Below, one piece after another: positions 1 through 10,560 of a DNA stretch of 64,000 nt (the stretch's first letter is position 1; each line of letters opens with the position of its first letter). The stretch spans positions 256,001 through 320,000 of the forward strand of contig CBDEFO010000003.1 of NCBI GenBank assembly GCA_965237525.1. The letters run 5' to 3'. Origin of the DNA: Candidatus Latescibacterota bacterium. Its GTDB lineage: Bacteria; Latescibacterota; CBDEFO01. A model generated the notes under the pieces. It was not told the DNA's origin, made no database searches, and saw nothing but the letters and a program-made list of their open reading frames with translations. The position numbers and the translations under genes are program-made.

Positions 1-44
1 TTATGTAAGTGATGAAGCTTATCTCAAGGCGAGGGAGGAGTTTC

Positions 45-359
45 TTAAGTTGGAGGCTGAGTCGAAGGCCCGTGTGGAGAGAGAAGGGTATCCATGTTTG
101 ATTTTACCTGGTTAAGACGGTTATATAGATACACTCTGGCATCTGCAATTCCAGAAGGCCAGGGGTCGCCGGTGCTGAGGTTAAACTGATTCATTATATG
201 GTGAGCATCATTTATGAGTCCCACAACTTCGGTTTTCGGGTCTTTGGAAAGCGCAAGTGCTTGGCGCAAACATAGTGATATAACCATACATTCAACAGCA
301 TATACGCGAGCACCGAGAGTTGTAAACCATCTGGTGATTTCTTCATCGTCTTGTTTCAT
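45..359 (-). CDS. hypothetical protein (104 aa)
   Basis: ORF track only; no recognisable motif. Confidence 0.45.
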   Translation of the reverse strand: MKQDDEEITRWFTTLGARVYAVECMVISLCLRQALALSKDPKTEVVGLINDAHHIMNQFNLSTGDPWPSGIADARVYLYNRLNQVKSNMDTLLSPHGPSTQPPT

Positions 360-440
360 CGTCTTGTTTCATCGGAAGTTCCTTTCTTTTGGTATGGGAG
401 TGAGAGGCGGAATTTACAGGACAGATGCTTACTGAGGTAT

Positions 441-977
441 TTACTTCCAGTAGTCGGGTTTTAGCCATGGTACATACCAGTGGACTTCCACCTTGTTATT
501 GTAATTTCTTTCAACGTATAGGAATTTCAGGAATGTGCGTTCATCGTAGAGCATAGTTTCCCAGTTTACATTTAGGTTGCTTGGCAGACGTACTTGAGCA
601 ACCATGGTTGTATCTGTGAAGCCTTTGTAGTCCTGTGTTTCGGCGCTCAGGTTGAACCAGTGGTTTCCATTGGTGTTTTTCAATGTGTCACTTTCGGCAA
701 TGCGTTTCATAAAAGAGGAAATATTATTGATAAAGAGTATTCTCAGGGTGCCTGCTGTTAAATAGTTCTTTTGAAAGTTATCAATGATGAGGGTATATTG
801 GAATGGATTTTCATTGCGTAAGAGAAAGTCAACATCAGTGTCTGATCCAAAGCAGTGTTTGGCATGCCAGGCCAGGATGTCTTTGCGGGAAGCATCTGGC
901 GGTGGTTTTGCTTCTGAGCAGGATATAGAGAATATGGCAAGCAGGCCAATGAGTGTGTTTTTGACAAAGAAATCCAT
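441..977 (-). CDS. hypothetical exported protein or lipoprotein
   Basis: 178-aa ORF with hydrophobic N-terminus ending ..IFSISC (lipobox-like). Confidence 0.55.
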   Translation of the reverse strand: MDFFVKNTLIGLLAIFSISCSEAKPPPDASRKDILAWHAKHCFGSDTDVDFLLRNENPFQYTLIIDNFQKNYLTAGTLRILFINNISSFMKRIAESDTLKNTNGNHWFNLSAETQDYKGFTDTTMVAQVRLPSNLNVNWETMLYDERTFLKFLYVERNYNNKVEVHWYVPWLKPDYWK

Positions 978-1170
978 TTTATTCTTCCTTGTCCTGGGTT
1001 GCGTATCCTGGGCTTATGGTTATGGCTGTTGTATTAGGCAGGCTACCCGACCTACGGGTTCCGTCTGATTGGTGACTGGCAATATAAGTTGTTTTGTGTG
1101 GTATGCAAGCGTTTTTTAATATTCTTTGCTTGACAGGGTAGAATTTTTCTCTCTTTAAGGAGGTTATACT

Positions 1171-1353
1171 ATGGGCAAGTCAATTAAGACAATGGAGATG
1201 ATAGAGCGTGTTAGGGGTGGTGAGGATGCTGGGGATGTGATAGCGGGCAAAGAGGTGAAGAAAGAGGAGGGTAAGGAAGATGGTAAGGAGGAAGGTGTTA
1301 GCCTGAGAGAGCGTACGGAGCGTTTTCTTGGTGCTCGGCGGGCTAAGAGGTAG
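1171..1353 (+). CDS. small charged hypothetical protein
   Basis: Strong RBS TAAGGAGG upstream of ATG; TTGACA further upstream. Confidence 0.55.
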   Translation: MGKSIKTMEMIERVRGGEDAGDVIAGKEVKKEEGKEDGKEEGVSLRERTERFLGARRAKR

Positions 1354-1397
1354 TAGAATGTAGTAGAGTAGGGAAGTTATAGAAGGAGGTAGATGAC

Positions 1398-2641
1398 GTG
1401 GAGCCGAATTGGAAGGGCAAGACGGTTTTTACGGGTGACAACTTGTATGTTATGCGGGGTATGAATAGCGAGTCTGTTGACTTGATATATCTCGATCCGC
1501 CGTTTAACAGCAACCGGGCGTATGCTGCCCCCATAGGTAGTGAGGCTGCGGGTGCTGCTTTTAAGGATACGTGGACTCTTTCGGATGTTGATCTTGTGGA
1601 GCATAACCGGTTGAAAGAAGAAAATGTCGGTTTGTATACCCTTATGGAGTCTGCGAAACACCTCCATTCTAAGGGTATGTTTTCTTATCTGGTCATGATG
1701 GCGGTTAGGTTGCAAGAGATGCGGCGTATTTTGAAGCCTACGGGTAGTATTTATCTGCATTGCGATCCTACGGCAGATAGCTACTTGCGGTTGGTTATGG
1801 ATGGAATTTTCGGGCATGGGAATTTTCGGAATGAGGTTGTTTGGTGTTATCGTGGTGGTGGTGTTGCTAAATATGATTTTGCCCGAAAACACGACGTAAT
1901 TTTTCGTTATTCCAAGACCAAAAAAGTTGTTTTCAATGTGGATGATGTTAGAATTTCATACTCAAAATCTGTTCTTGAATCATCTACCAGTCGTTACGAC
2001 AAATCTTATAGAGCCAGCAAGGTGTACTCGGGATACAGACCAAACGAGAAAGGCAAACATCCTGAAGATTGGTGGGAAATTCAACCGATTATGCCGTCAT
2101 CAAAGGAGCGTATTGGATACCCGACACAAAAACCGTTAAAAACTGTTGGAGCGTATTATCAAAGCCAGTAGCAACCGGGGCGATGTTGTGTTGGACCCTT
2201 TTTGTGGTTGTGCTATGACTATGGTTGCGGCGGAAGACCTTGGTAGAAATTGGATGGGTATAGATATATCTCCGAAGGCTGTTGAGTTGGTTGTGTCTCG
2301 GATACGGGACCGTCAGGGTCTTTTTAGGGATATAACGCACAGGGACGATATACCGCGTCGGACGGACCTTGGCGAAGAAGTTGAGGGGTAAGGGCAAAGA
2401 CGAATGCAAGAAGACTCTGTATGGTCTCCAGGAAGGATATTGTAACGGTTGTCATGAGCATTTCCAAATCCGTAATTTTCACATGGATCATATTACTCCG
2501 AGGGCTAAGGGTGGTACGGACCATGCCGAGAATTATCAACTGTTATGTGGAGACTGCAACCATAGAAAGGGCACCAAGAGCCAGGCCGAGTTCAAGGCAT
2601 TATTGGCGAAGGAAAAAGGAATCAGTACGTCATGGATATAA
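1398..2641 (+). pseudogene. N4/N6 DNA methyltransferase (beta class) fused to a C-terminal HNH endonuclease, split by two +1 frameshifts
   Basis: DLIYLDPPF and GYPTQKP in 1398..2171; VLDPFCG in 2146..2391; CxxC..DHITPRAKGG..LLCxxCNxxKG in 2369..2641. Removing one A from the A5 run at 2138-2142 and one base near 2374 joins all three frames. Confidence 0.8.
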
Positions 2642-2651
2642 GGAGGGTGTT

Positions 2652-2864
2652 ATGGGCATCGGGGATGGTAATAAGAAGGGCAGGGTAGGCAAGGCATGTG
2701 GAGGCAAGGAGATAGACAGCCGTTATCAGCCTACGAAGGTGGAGTTGGAGGCGGACCTGAGTTTGCCGGAGGGTGTAACGCCGGAGGAAGTAGTGCGGGC
2801 GATGTTTTCGGGTGATCCGCCGAGGGTAGAGTCGGGCAAGGGGAAACCGTCTACGGAGAAGTGA
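2652..2864 (+). CDS. small hypothetical protein (YQPTKVELEADL..TPEEVVRAM motif), probably mobile-element associated
   Basis: RBS AGGAGG just upstream of ATG 2652; lies next to a putative element end. Confidence 0.5.
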   Translation: MGIGDGNKKGRVGKACGGKEIDSRYQPTKVELEADLSLPEGVTPEEVVRAMFSGDPPRVESGKGKPSTEK

Positions 2865-2907
2865 CAGGAGTATGGGGGGAACTACGTTGGTGGTGCTATG
2901 GACTTTT

Positions 2908-2928
2908 GGCACTCAAGTATATAAGCCC
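2908..2928. mobile_element. putative terminal inverted repeat (right end) of an IS1595-like element that extends left of the window
   Basis: GGCACTCAAGTATATAAGCCC resembles IS1595-type ends as I recall them; the G+T skew of 1-2930 stops here; no partner repeat found in the window. Confidence 0.35.
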
Positions 2929-3091
2929 CCAAGATATTAACAAACAGGTCAAAGTCAATTCCTTTTTCACGGCGAATGACGACCATTAACGAGCGAACTG
3001 CGATTATTCCTATAACTTCATAATGCAAAGGATGCTATCTGATTAAGATCAATTTCCTTGTCTGTACGAATCCATCTGCTTTCGATCCATC

Positions 3092-3984
3092 TTAGTTGGA
3101 GAAAGTTGCTTCATGCGGCCCCAGGTGTCAGCTTCGACCGATGTTGCAGGTACCCAGATGCTGGAATCAAAGGGGGCCAGGAGATAGTCGACGAAGTTGT
3201 CGGCATGATTGTCCAATCTTGTGGCCCCGCTGTTCGTCCAGAATCCGTTGTAGCCCCCAACTTCGAGGTCGTCATCGTCCATAACAGCAAAGCCTATTCC
3301 GATGATAGCGCCCTCTTCATAGGTATGTATTATGCTATCATCTACACTATTAAAATCTATATCGTTAAATCCCATGAAGTATGTCTCCACATTCAGCGTG
3401 CCCGGTCCACCCACTTTACCATCAAAGGTTCAGGCAAGGTCGGCATAAGGAGGTAATCCTGCCCATGCGGCCGCTCCCCAAAACCAGATGGGATTCTCTC
3501 TGTTCAGAAAATAGTGATAGTTTTGCGCCTGAGCTGAGTTGTACCTGTCGGGATCCACATCGAGATCTTGCATGAGCTGGTACTGTCCTCCGCTGTGGTC
3601 AGCATCGACGACCCACTCGAGCATCTCCCGAACGTCTACCCCTGCAAAGGAAAGAGAGACGTCGTCGTACCTATCCTCCATCGTATGTATCAGGTTAGTC
3701 ACCGGACTCCATCCCACGATTATCCTTTCGGAAAGGTTGGACGAATCTGGGTCCCCCAGGCCTCTGACAGTCTCTATCAGATCGTCATGCGTCACCCAGA
3801 ACTCTGAGGGAACGTTAGCCCACTCGCTGAGATCACCGTCTAATTCAATGTTCTGGAACTCATTGGTACCAATCGGCACCTGGACAGCAACGAAGTTCCT
3901 ATCCGACCTCAAATGAGCAGAACCCGTACTTATAGCAAAAAGAACAAATCCCAGAGCTGTAAATATCCCCAATATCGTCTTCAT
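3092..3984 (-). pseudogene. secreted carbohydrate-binding (CBM9/DOMON-like) protein with C-terminal TSVEADTWGRMK motif; in-frame TGA at 3430-3432 and a terminal frameshift
   Basis: Signal peptide MKTILG..GSA; IELDGDLSEW motif; ORFs 3430..4005 and 3049..3414 are in the same frame across one TGA; adding one base gives the end TWGRMKATFSN*. Confidence 0.7.
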
Positions 3985-4021
3985 GGCGCTATCCTTTCGT
4001 TGCAATGATTAAAGTGCAAAA

Positions 4022-7000
4022 CTATTCTATCCTACCGAAGTTATCAAGAAAGATCACAAAGTCGGACAGACCGACCTCTCCGTTGCCGTCTAAATCAAAT
4101 ATAGAATTGGCTGAAGTGGTCGTCGTCCCGAACGCATCTAGAAACAGGACAAAGTCGGCAAGGCCTACTTCATTGTTCCCGTCGAAATCTCCTACAAGGC
4201 CAGGGATGCTAACAAAACTGAATCCGTCAGAGAGCGTACCTGAAAGACCATCAGGATTTGTGACTATCACGTCCACAGTGCCAGCAGGATAAGTAGGAGT
4301 CACAGCGGTAATGGTACCCAGAGACACTACGACTACATTCGTGGCTGTGCTATCACCAAAAGTAACAGTCGCTCCGCTTAGGAAATTGCTCCCTGTTATC
4401 GTCACAGACGTACCTCCCAATTTTACGCCAGAATCAGGATCAGTAGATGTCACAATAGGAGGATATGGACCAGAGAGATTCAACAACACTGACACATTAT
4501 CGCTGCCATTGTTAGCTACAACTAAGTCATTATCTCCATCTCCATCTAAATCTGCAATGAATACTGAACGGGGACTAGTACCAGCAACATAGTCCACCTT
4601 GTCTGCGAATGTCCCATTCCCATTATTCAACAACACTGACACATTATCGCTGCCATTGTTAGCTACAGCTAAGTCATAATCTCCATCTCCATCTAAATCT
4701 GCGCTGAATACTGAAAAGGGATTAGTACCAGCAACATAGTCCACAGTTGATGCTGCGAATGTCCCATTCCCATTATTCAACAACACTGACACATTATCGC
4801 TGCCATTGTTAGCCACAGCTAAGTCATTATCTCCATCTCCATCCAAATCTGCGCTGAATACTGAATAGGGACCATCCCCCTCATAGTCCACCCTGTCTGC
4901 AAATGTCCCATTCCCATTATTCAACAACACTGACACATTATCGCTAAACCAATTAGCTGTGATTAAGTCATTATCTCCATCTCCGTCTACATCTGCGCTG
5001 AATACTGAATAGGGACCATACCCCACGTCATAGTCCACCTTGTCTGCAAATGTCCCATCGCCATTATTCAACAATACTGATACATTACCACTGCCATTGT
5101 TAGCTACAGCTAAGTCATTATCTCCATCTCCATCTAAATCTGCGCTGAATACTGAAAAGGGATTAGTACCAGCAACATAGTCCATTTTACCTGCGAATGT
5201 CCCATTCCCATTATTCAACAACACTGATACATTATCGCTAAACCAATTAGCTGTGATTAAGTCATTATCTCCATCTCCGTCTACATCTGCACTGAAGATT
5301 GAGAAGGGCTGATTCCCAATGTTATAGTCCACCTTGCCTGCGAATTTACCATCGCCATTATTCAACAAAATCGATACCTCAAAGCTGAGCCCATTAGCCA
5401 CAGCTAAGTCATTATCTCCATCTCCATCTAAATCTGCAGTGAATACTGAAAAGGGTTCGTTCCCAACGGTATAGTCAGTTGGGAGTCCAAAAAGGGCAGG
5501 AACAAAAGTAAATCCGTTCTCAAGTGTGTCTGCCTGACCGTCGGGATTTGTGACTATCACATCTACAGTACCGGCAGGATGAGTGGGAGTCACAGCGGTA
5601 ATGATAGAGGTAAATACGACTATATCTGTGGCTGCGATATCGCTGAAAGTAACAGTCGTTCCTATCTTGAAATTGCCCCCTGCTATCGTCACAGGCGTAC
5701 CACCCAATTCCGGGCCAGAAGCGGGATTAACAGATGTCACGACAGGATGAGAAAGAAAAGTAAATCCACCAGAGAGTGTGCCTGTCATACCGTCAGGATT
5801 TGTAACTATCATATCCACAGTGCCAGCAGGATGAGCGGGAGTTTTTGCGGTAATGGTATTGGTAGCCACTACGACTACATTTATGGCTCGGCTATCTCCG
5901 AAAGTAACAGTTGCTCCACGCTGGAAATTGCTCCCTGTAATCTTCACAGGTGTAAGGACTAATTCCACGCCAGAATCAGGATCAGTAGATGTCACAATAG
6001 GAGGATATGGACGAGAGAAATGCAACAACACTGACACATTATCGCTGCCATAGTTAGCCACAGCTAAGTCATTATCTCCATCTCCATCTAAATCTGCAAT
6101 GAATACTGATGCGGGACCATCCCACACGCCATAGTCCACCTTGTCTGCAAATGTCCCATTCCCATTATTCAACAACACTGACACATTATCGCTGCCACTG
6201 TTAGCCACAGCTAAGTCATTATCTCCATCTCCATCCAAATCTGCGCTGAATACTGAAAAGGGATTAGTACCAGCAACATAGTCCATTTTACCTGCGAATG
6301 TCCCATTCCCATTATTCAACAACACTGACACATTACCGCTAAACCAATTAGCTGTGATTAAGTCATTATCTCCATCTCCGTCTACATCTGCGCTGAATAC
6401 TGAATAGGGACCATACCCCACGTCATAGTCCACCTTGTCTGCAAATGTCCCATCGCCATTATTTAACAACACTGATACATTATCGCTAAACCAATTAGCT
6501 GTGATTAAGTCATTATCTCCATCTCCGTCTACATCTGCGCTGAATACTGATCCGGGACGATACCCCACGTCATAGTCCACCTTGTCTGCAAATGTCCCAT
6601 CGCCATTATTCAACAATACTGATACATTACGACTGCCATTGTTAGCCACAGCTAAGTCATTATCTCCATCTCCGTCTACATCTGCGCTGAATACTGAATA
6701 GGGACCATACCCCACGTCATAGTCCACCTTGTCTGCAAATGTCCCATCGCCATTATTCAACAATACTGATACATTACGATTGCCATTGTTAGCTACAGCT
6801 AAGTCATTATCTCCATCTCCGTCTAAATCTGTGCTGAATACTGAAAAGGGACGATACCCCACGTCATAGTCCACCTTGTCTGCAAATGTCCCATCGCCAT
6901 TATTCAACAATACTGATACATTACGACTGCCATAGTTAGCTACAGCTAAGTCATTATCTCCATCTCCGTCTAAATCTGTGCTGAATACTGAAAAGGGGCC

Positions 7001-8216
7001 GATACCCCACGTCATAGTCAGTCTTGAGTCTGAATCCGAAGCCGTAGGCATTCAGGATGATGTCAACGCCTGTGACGGGGCTCCCCGCTGTAACTACAAT
7101 CGGAGTGGACGCCGCGGGATCATCCATAGCTGATTCGGCTACATCCCAGAACTCCGGCGGACCAGGCAAGGCCGGCGGCGGATCGACAGACCCCACAAGG
7201 GAGCGCCCAGTAAACGCAGGATCGATCTGTTCCACTTCAACCGTGTAGCTGGCCCCGGGGGTCAATCCAAAAAGTTGAAAGCGGCCCTCTAGTTCAGTCA
7301 GCGTTGTAGTTTCAAAAAACCCAGGAGATAAACCGCGCCCCTGACACGTAAGAGACCGCATCCGCGTGGGGATTATCAATGTTTCTGGAGATGACATTGG
7401 CACCCGCGAAGGGAGTAATCCTATCTGCCAACAGGATATCTCCAATGATTGCACCCGTGCTGCTGAAGAAGGTCGAGGTCGGATAGAGCGTGGAGACTGC
7501 CACCACATCGTCCGTATGTAGGGTGGCCTGTTCCCCTCCAAGCAAGATGGGGAACATGGTCGCCGTCATGCTGGTCGGCAAAGGTCCGCCGTAAGACGTG
7601 GTAGAAAGACCGTTCACCTGCGTGTGACTCAGCCCGATAAAGTGCCCGAACTCATGCACGAAGTTCCCCAAAAGTTTCTCAGTGGAGATCTCGATCCCAT
7701 CGTCGGAATCCCCGTTGACAGCTCTCCCATTGAAGATCGCACTTTCCCCTCCAGTGATGAAGAACGGGGCTTCTAAAGTGAGGAACTCTTCTCCAGCGAA
7801 CCCCAATATGGAGGTGGAAGAGCCAGGGCCGAATACCGCATCGATCAGACTGCCATCTGTATCAAAGATGATGGGACTCAGGCTATCTCGTTGGTCCATA
7901 GACATGAATAGCTCCTCCGGAGTATCCACATCTAATGGCAGGGGGCCCGCCGTTAGCAAAGGTAATAGTGGCTGTAGGCACGCTCTTCCAGACCTCAAAG
8001 GCCTGTTGAACGAGATCCAGCACAGTCGCGTTATCGAGTACGCCGAGGGGCCCCTGGTCAGCGTTGAACAGAACCGGCTGGGAAGGGTCCCACCCATACG
8101 GCTCTCCTGTATCGCTAACGATTCAGTGGGCCTCCCGCCCACACAGGGCTATCAAATCCTCCGATGACCAGTGCCAAAAGTAAGAAGCTCCTTTTCAGGA
8201 TGTTACAGGTATCCAT
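4022..8216 (-). pseudogene. large secreted metzincin (matrixin-like) protease with FG-GAP/VCBS repeats, IPT/TIG domains and a dockerin/EF-hand-like C-terminus; about four frameshifts
   Basis: Signal peptide from ATG 8216 (..VWAGGPL); HEFGHFIGLSH plus Met-turn ATMFP; many DLDGDGDNDLAVAN repeats; IPT motifs (GSNF..GATVTFG..VDVIVTNPDG); GDFDGNNEVGLADF tail. Frame switches near 8120, 7945, 7325 and 6995. Confidence 0.8.
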
Positions 8217-8245
8217 TCCCATACGCTCCTTTCTTCATACACAGG

Positions 8246-8839
8246 TCAGCGTGCCAGTTTCTTCACCAACGACATCAACCAGATATAATCAACAGGACCT
8301 TTCTTCAAGTTGAGCGTCCCAACCTTTTTCTGGCTCAACGTCGCTGCCCTATCCTCCACGCCTGCAAAGAGTCCTGCGTTCTGAATCCCGTTGACAGCGA
8401 CTTTACGCTCGGTGGCCGGATCAATCACAATCCGGAATGCACCCTGGAACAACCCCACCGGGCTGGTCAAACCTAACTGACTGTCAGACCTCAAAAAGAG
8501 TGTCACTTCCTCTCCCATCCGAAATATCGGCAATCCCGGGATTCGCGCAATAGCGCCCGTTTCAGGATCAGGATGGATGCGTCCGTACTGCCGGATGTTG
8601 AGTGTTTGACCAATGGACCCCTTGACCACATCAGACACGTCAAACGTGATGCTGGTGGCCGGGATCGTGGTTCCCCCCGGTACAGATAGGGTTACGTCCT
8701 CCACAGCGCTAACTGTACCTGTGAAGATGCGATCGGCATCAGTGACCATCCGGACCAAATTGAGCTTTAACACCACGGTGGCAGGTGAAGTGCTGGCGAC
8801 CAGCAGCATTAAAGAAGCGTAGAAAATTATTCTTTTCAT
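8246..8839 (-). CDS. secreted protein directly upstream of the metalloprotease (putative propeptide- or chaperone-like partner)
   Basis: Signal peptide; ADRIFTGTV..GLPIFRMGEEVTLFL..PVGLFQG motifs; RBS AGGAGG. Confidence 0.7.
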   Translation of the reverse strand: MKRIIFYASLMLLVASTSPATVVLKLNLVRMVTDADRIFTGTVSAVEDVTLSVPGGTTIPATSITFDVSDVVKGSIGQTLNIRQYGRIHPDPETGAIARIPGLPIFRMGEEVTLFLRSDSQLGLTSPVGLFQGAFRIVIDPATERKVAVNGIQNAGLFAGVEDRAATLSQKKVGTLNLKKGPVDYIWLMSLVKKLAR

Positions 8840-8891
8840 TTTAGTCCTCCTTCTTCTAGGGTCGATAGGGTATAACTGCTCAGAAGCGGCT

Positions 8892-9083
8892 TCATAGAAA
8901 AGAAATTATAATATATGCAAGCAACGCCAACACCAAAAATCCGATCACGATTCTTATGACGAACGCTCCGATTTTCATCGCTATCCACACAAGGACAAGG
9001 ACTACTATCGCGGCTATTATGGCTTCTACTTGCGTGAGTTCGCCTGTGGAGAATCTTTCGGCTATCGTATCGAGAAGACCCAC
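8892..9083 (-). CDS. small membrane protein with two TM helices
   Basis: 63 aa, two hydrophobic helices; AGGAGG upstream. Confidence 0.65.
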   Translation of the reverse strand: MGLLDTIAERFSTGELTQVEAIIAAIVVLVLVWIAMKIGAFVIRIVIGFLVLALLAYIIISFL

Positions 9084-9227
9084 TTAGAAGGATCCTCCTT
9101 ACTTTCTTATTGACTTTGTCCCAAGTTATACCTAATATTACTCCTTCGTTTCAGCAAAATATAATGAAGGTTTTCTTCAAAGTCAAGCGGGTTTAGTCAA
9201 CGCAAAACAGTCGGGGGATTTTGATAA

Positions 9228-9635
9228 ATGAAGCATCATCAACAGCAAAAACGTTAAGCTCCTCATCACAGACGTGGATCGAGTCCCGACCGACGCAGCT
9301 TTGTACTACGTCCTTGTAGACCATGTACAGACGAGATTCAACTCCAAGGACGGAATTGGGATTTCATTTCTGAGAGAACTCGCAAAGCTCGAGGCTATGC
9401 TTTTCTCCCAGGATGGCAGGCAAGTTATCTCAAAAAAAAGCAGAATGGCTAAATATACGAGGGCTTCATCAGGGAGTTAAGGACAAGGCCTCTTATGACG
9501 GAGGTCGGATTCTCGGTCGCAGTCCATGACGTTGTTACCGCCGTAAGACAGATCGTCCGCTATGTGACCTCGTGCTCGTGTGCAGATGGAGCCTTCTGCG
9601 AGGTCTGTAGATAATACTCAAAGCCAGAGGCGTAG
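9228..9635 (+). pseudogene. kdsC: degenerate KDO 8-phosphate phosphatase (KdsC-like HAD) remnant
   Basis: Fragments VKLLITDVDRVPTDAALYY, FNSKDGIGI and VGFSVAVHDVV..YVT..GAFCEVC match KdsC motifs but carry substitutions, stops and frameshifts. Confidence 0.7.
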
Positions 9636-9690
9636 GCCTACGTGAGCGTTGCTGGTATTTGATGGTGTGCCACAGGAATCAGATTTAGAG

Positions 9691-10458
9691 ATGACAATTG
9701 GTTATGTAATAAAAGGTGCGCTTAAGAATCTAAGACATCACAAGCTCGGAAAATGTAATATATGTGGTAAGTTCACAGTCTTTATCTGCACAGACTGGAT
9801 GACAGCGACCAGCAACATGTATTGCCTGTTCTGCGTCAGCTCATCACGGAAAAGACATGTTGCAAAAATGATCGTTGAAGAGGTTACAAAGGGTATTTCC
9901 TCTATCTCCAAGATTCTGAAGGCACTGGACATCAAAATTTACAATACAGATGTAGGTGACGCATTTTATAGAGTGTTACATAATCATGAGTCATTTATTT
10001 GCTCCGGCCTTTTCCCCGATGTTGAACCGGGGACTCAGATTCGAGAGAGGGTATTTTGCCAAAACATAGAAAATTTGACATTTCAGGATAAAACTTTTGA
10101 TGTGGTAATAACCGAAGAGGTCTTTGAACATGTAAGAGATCACGAAAAAGGATTTCGAGAGATTTTTCGTGTATTGAAAGTCGGCGGTTATCATATTTTT
10201 ACTGTTCCTTGCTATTTTGATAGACCGACCATCATTCGTGTCGATACCTCTGGTGACGAGGATATCCATATTCTCCCACCGGAATACCACCGTGACAAGA
10301 TCAGGGGCAAGATTTTGGCGTATAGGATGTTTGGGATCGATATTTACGATCTTCTCAAATCTATCGGCTTCGAAACGAAAGTGAATTTTTCTAAATATGT
10401 GGATCGAAAGTACGGGATTTTTGATAGTCATGTATTCATCTCTAAGAAATTGGGTTAG
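9691..10458 (+). CDS. class I SAM-dependent methyltransferase (glycan-associated type)
   Basis: CxxC..CxxC N-terminus; LTFQDKTFDVVITEEVFEHV..EIFRVLKVGGYHIFTVP. Confidence 0.8.
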   Translation: MTIGYVIKGALKNLRHHKLGKCNICGKFTVFICTDWMTATSNMYCLFCVSSSRKRHVAKMIVEEVTKGISSISKILKALDIKIYNTDVGDAFYRVLHNHESFICSGLFPDVEPGTQIRERVFCQNIENLTFQDKTFDVVITEEVFEHVRDHEKGFREIFRVLKVGGYHIFTVPCYFDRPTIIRVDTSGDEDIHILPPEYHRDKIRGKILAYRMFGIDIYDLLKSIGFETKVNFSKYVDRKYGIFDSHVFISKKLG

Positions 10459-10560
10459 CATCGCGTTCTAGCGATCTCTCTTGGAGTTGACTCAAATGAC
10501 TTCGGGATTTTAGATAAACATGAACTGTAATTAAGCGGTTGTGATTTCAAGAGTGAACTT

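Noticed and set aside
3430..3432. In-frame TGA as selenocysteine or an alternative genetic code
   Set aside because: The context is not redox-like and no SECIS was recognised; TGA ends intact genes such as gatB and hisB; a TGG-to-TGA change or an error is simpler
4480..7020. Regular ~150-bp repeats resembling a CRISPR array (also 27980-31690)
   Set aside because: They are coding FG-GAP repeats that keep frame, the intervening sequences are homologous to each other, and no cas genes are present
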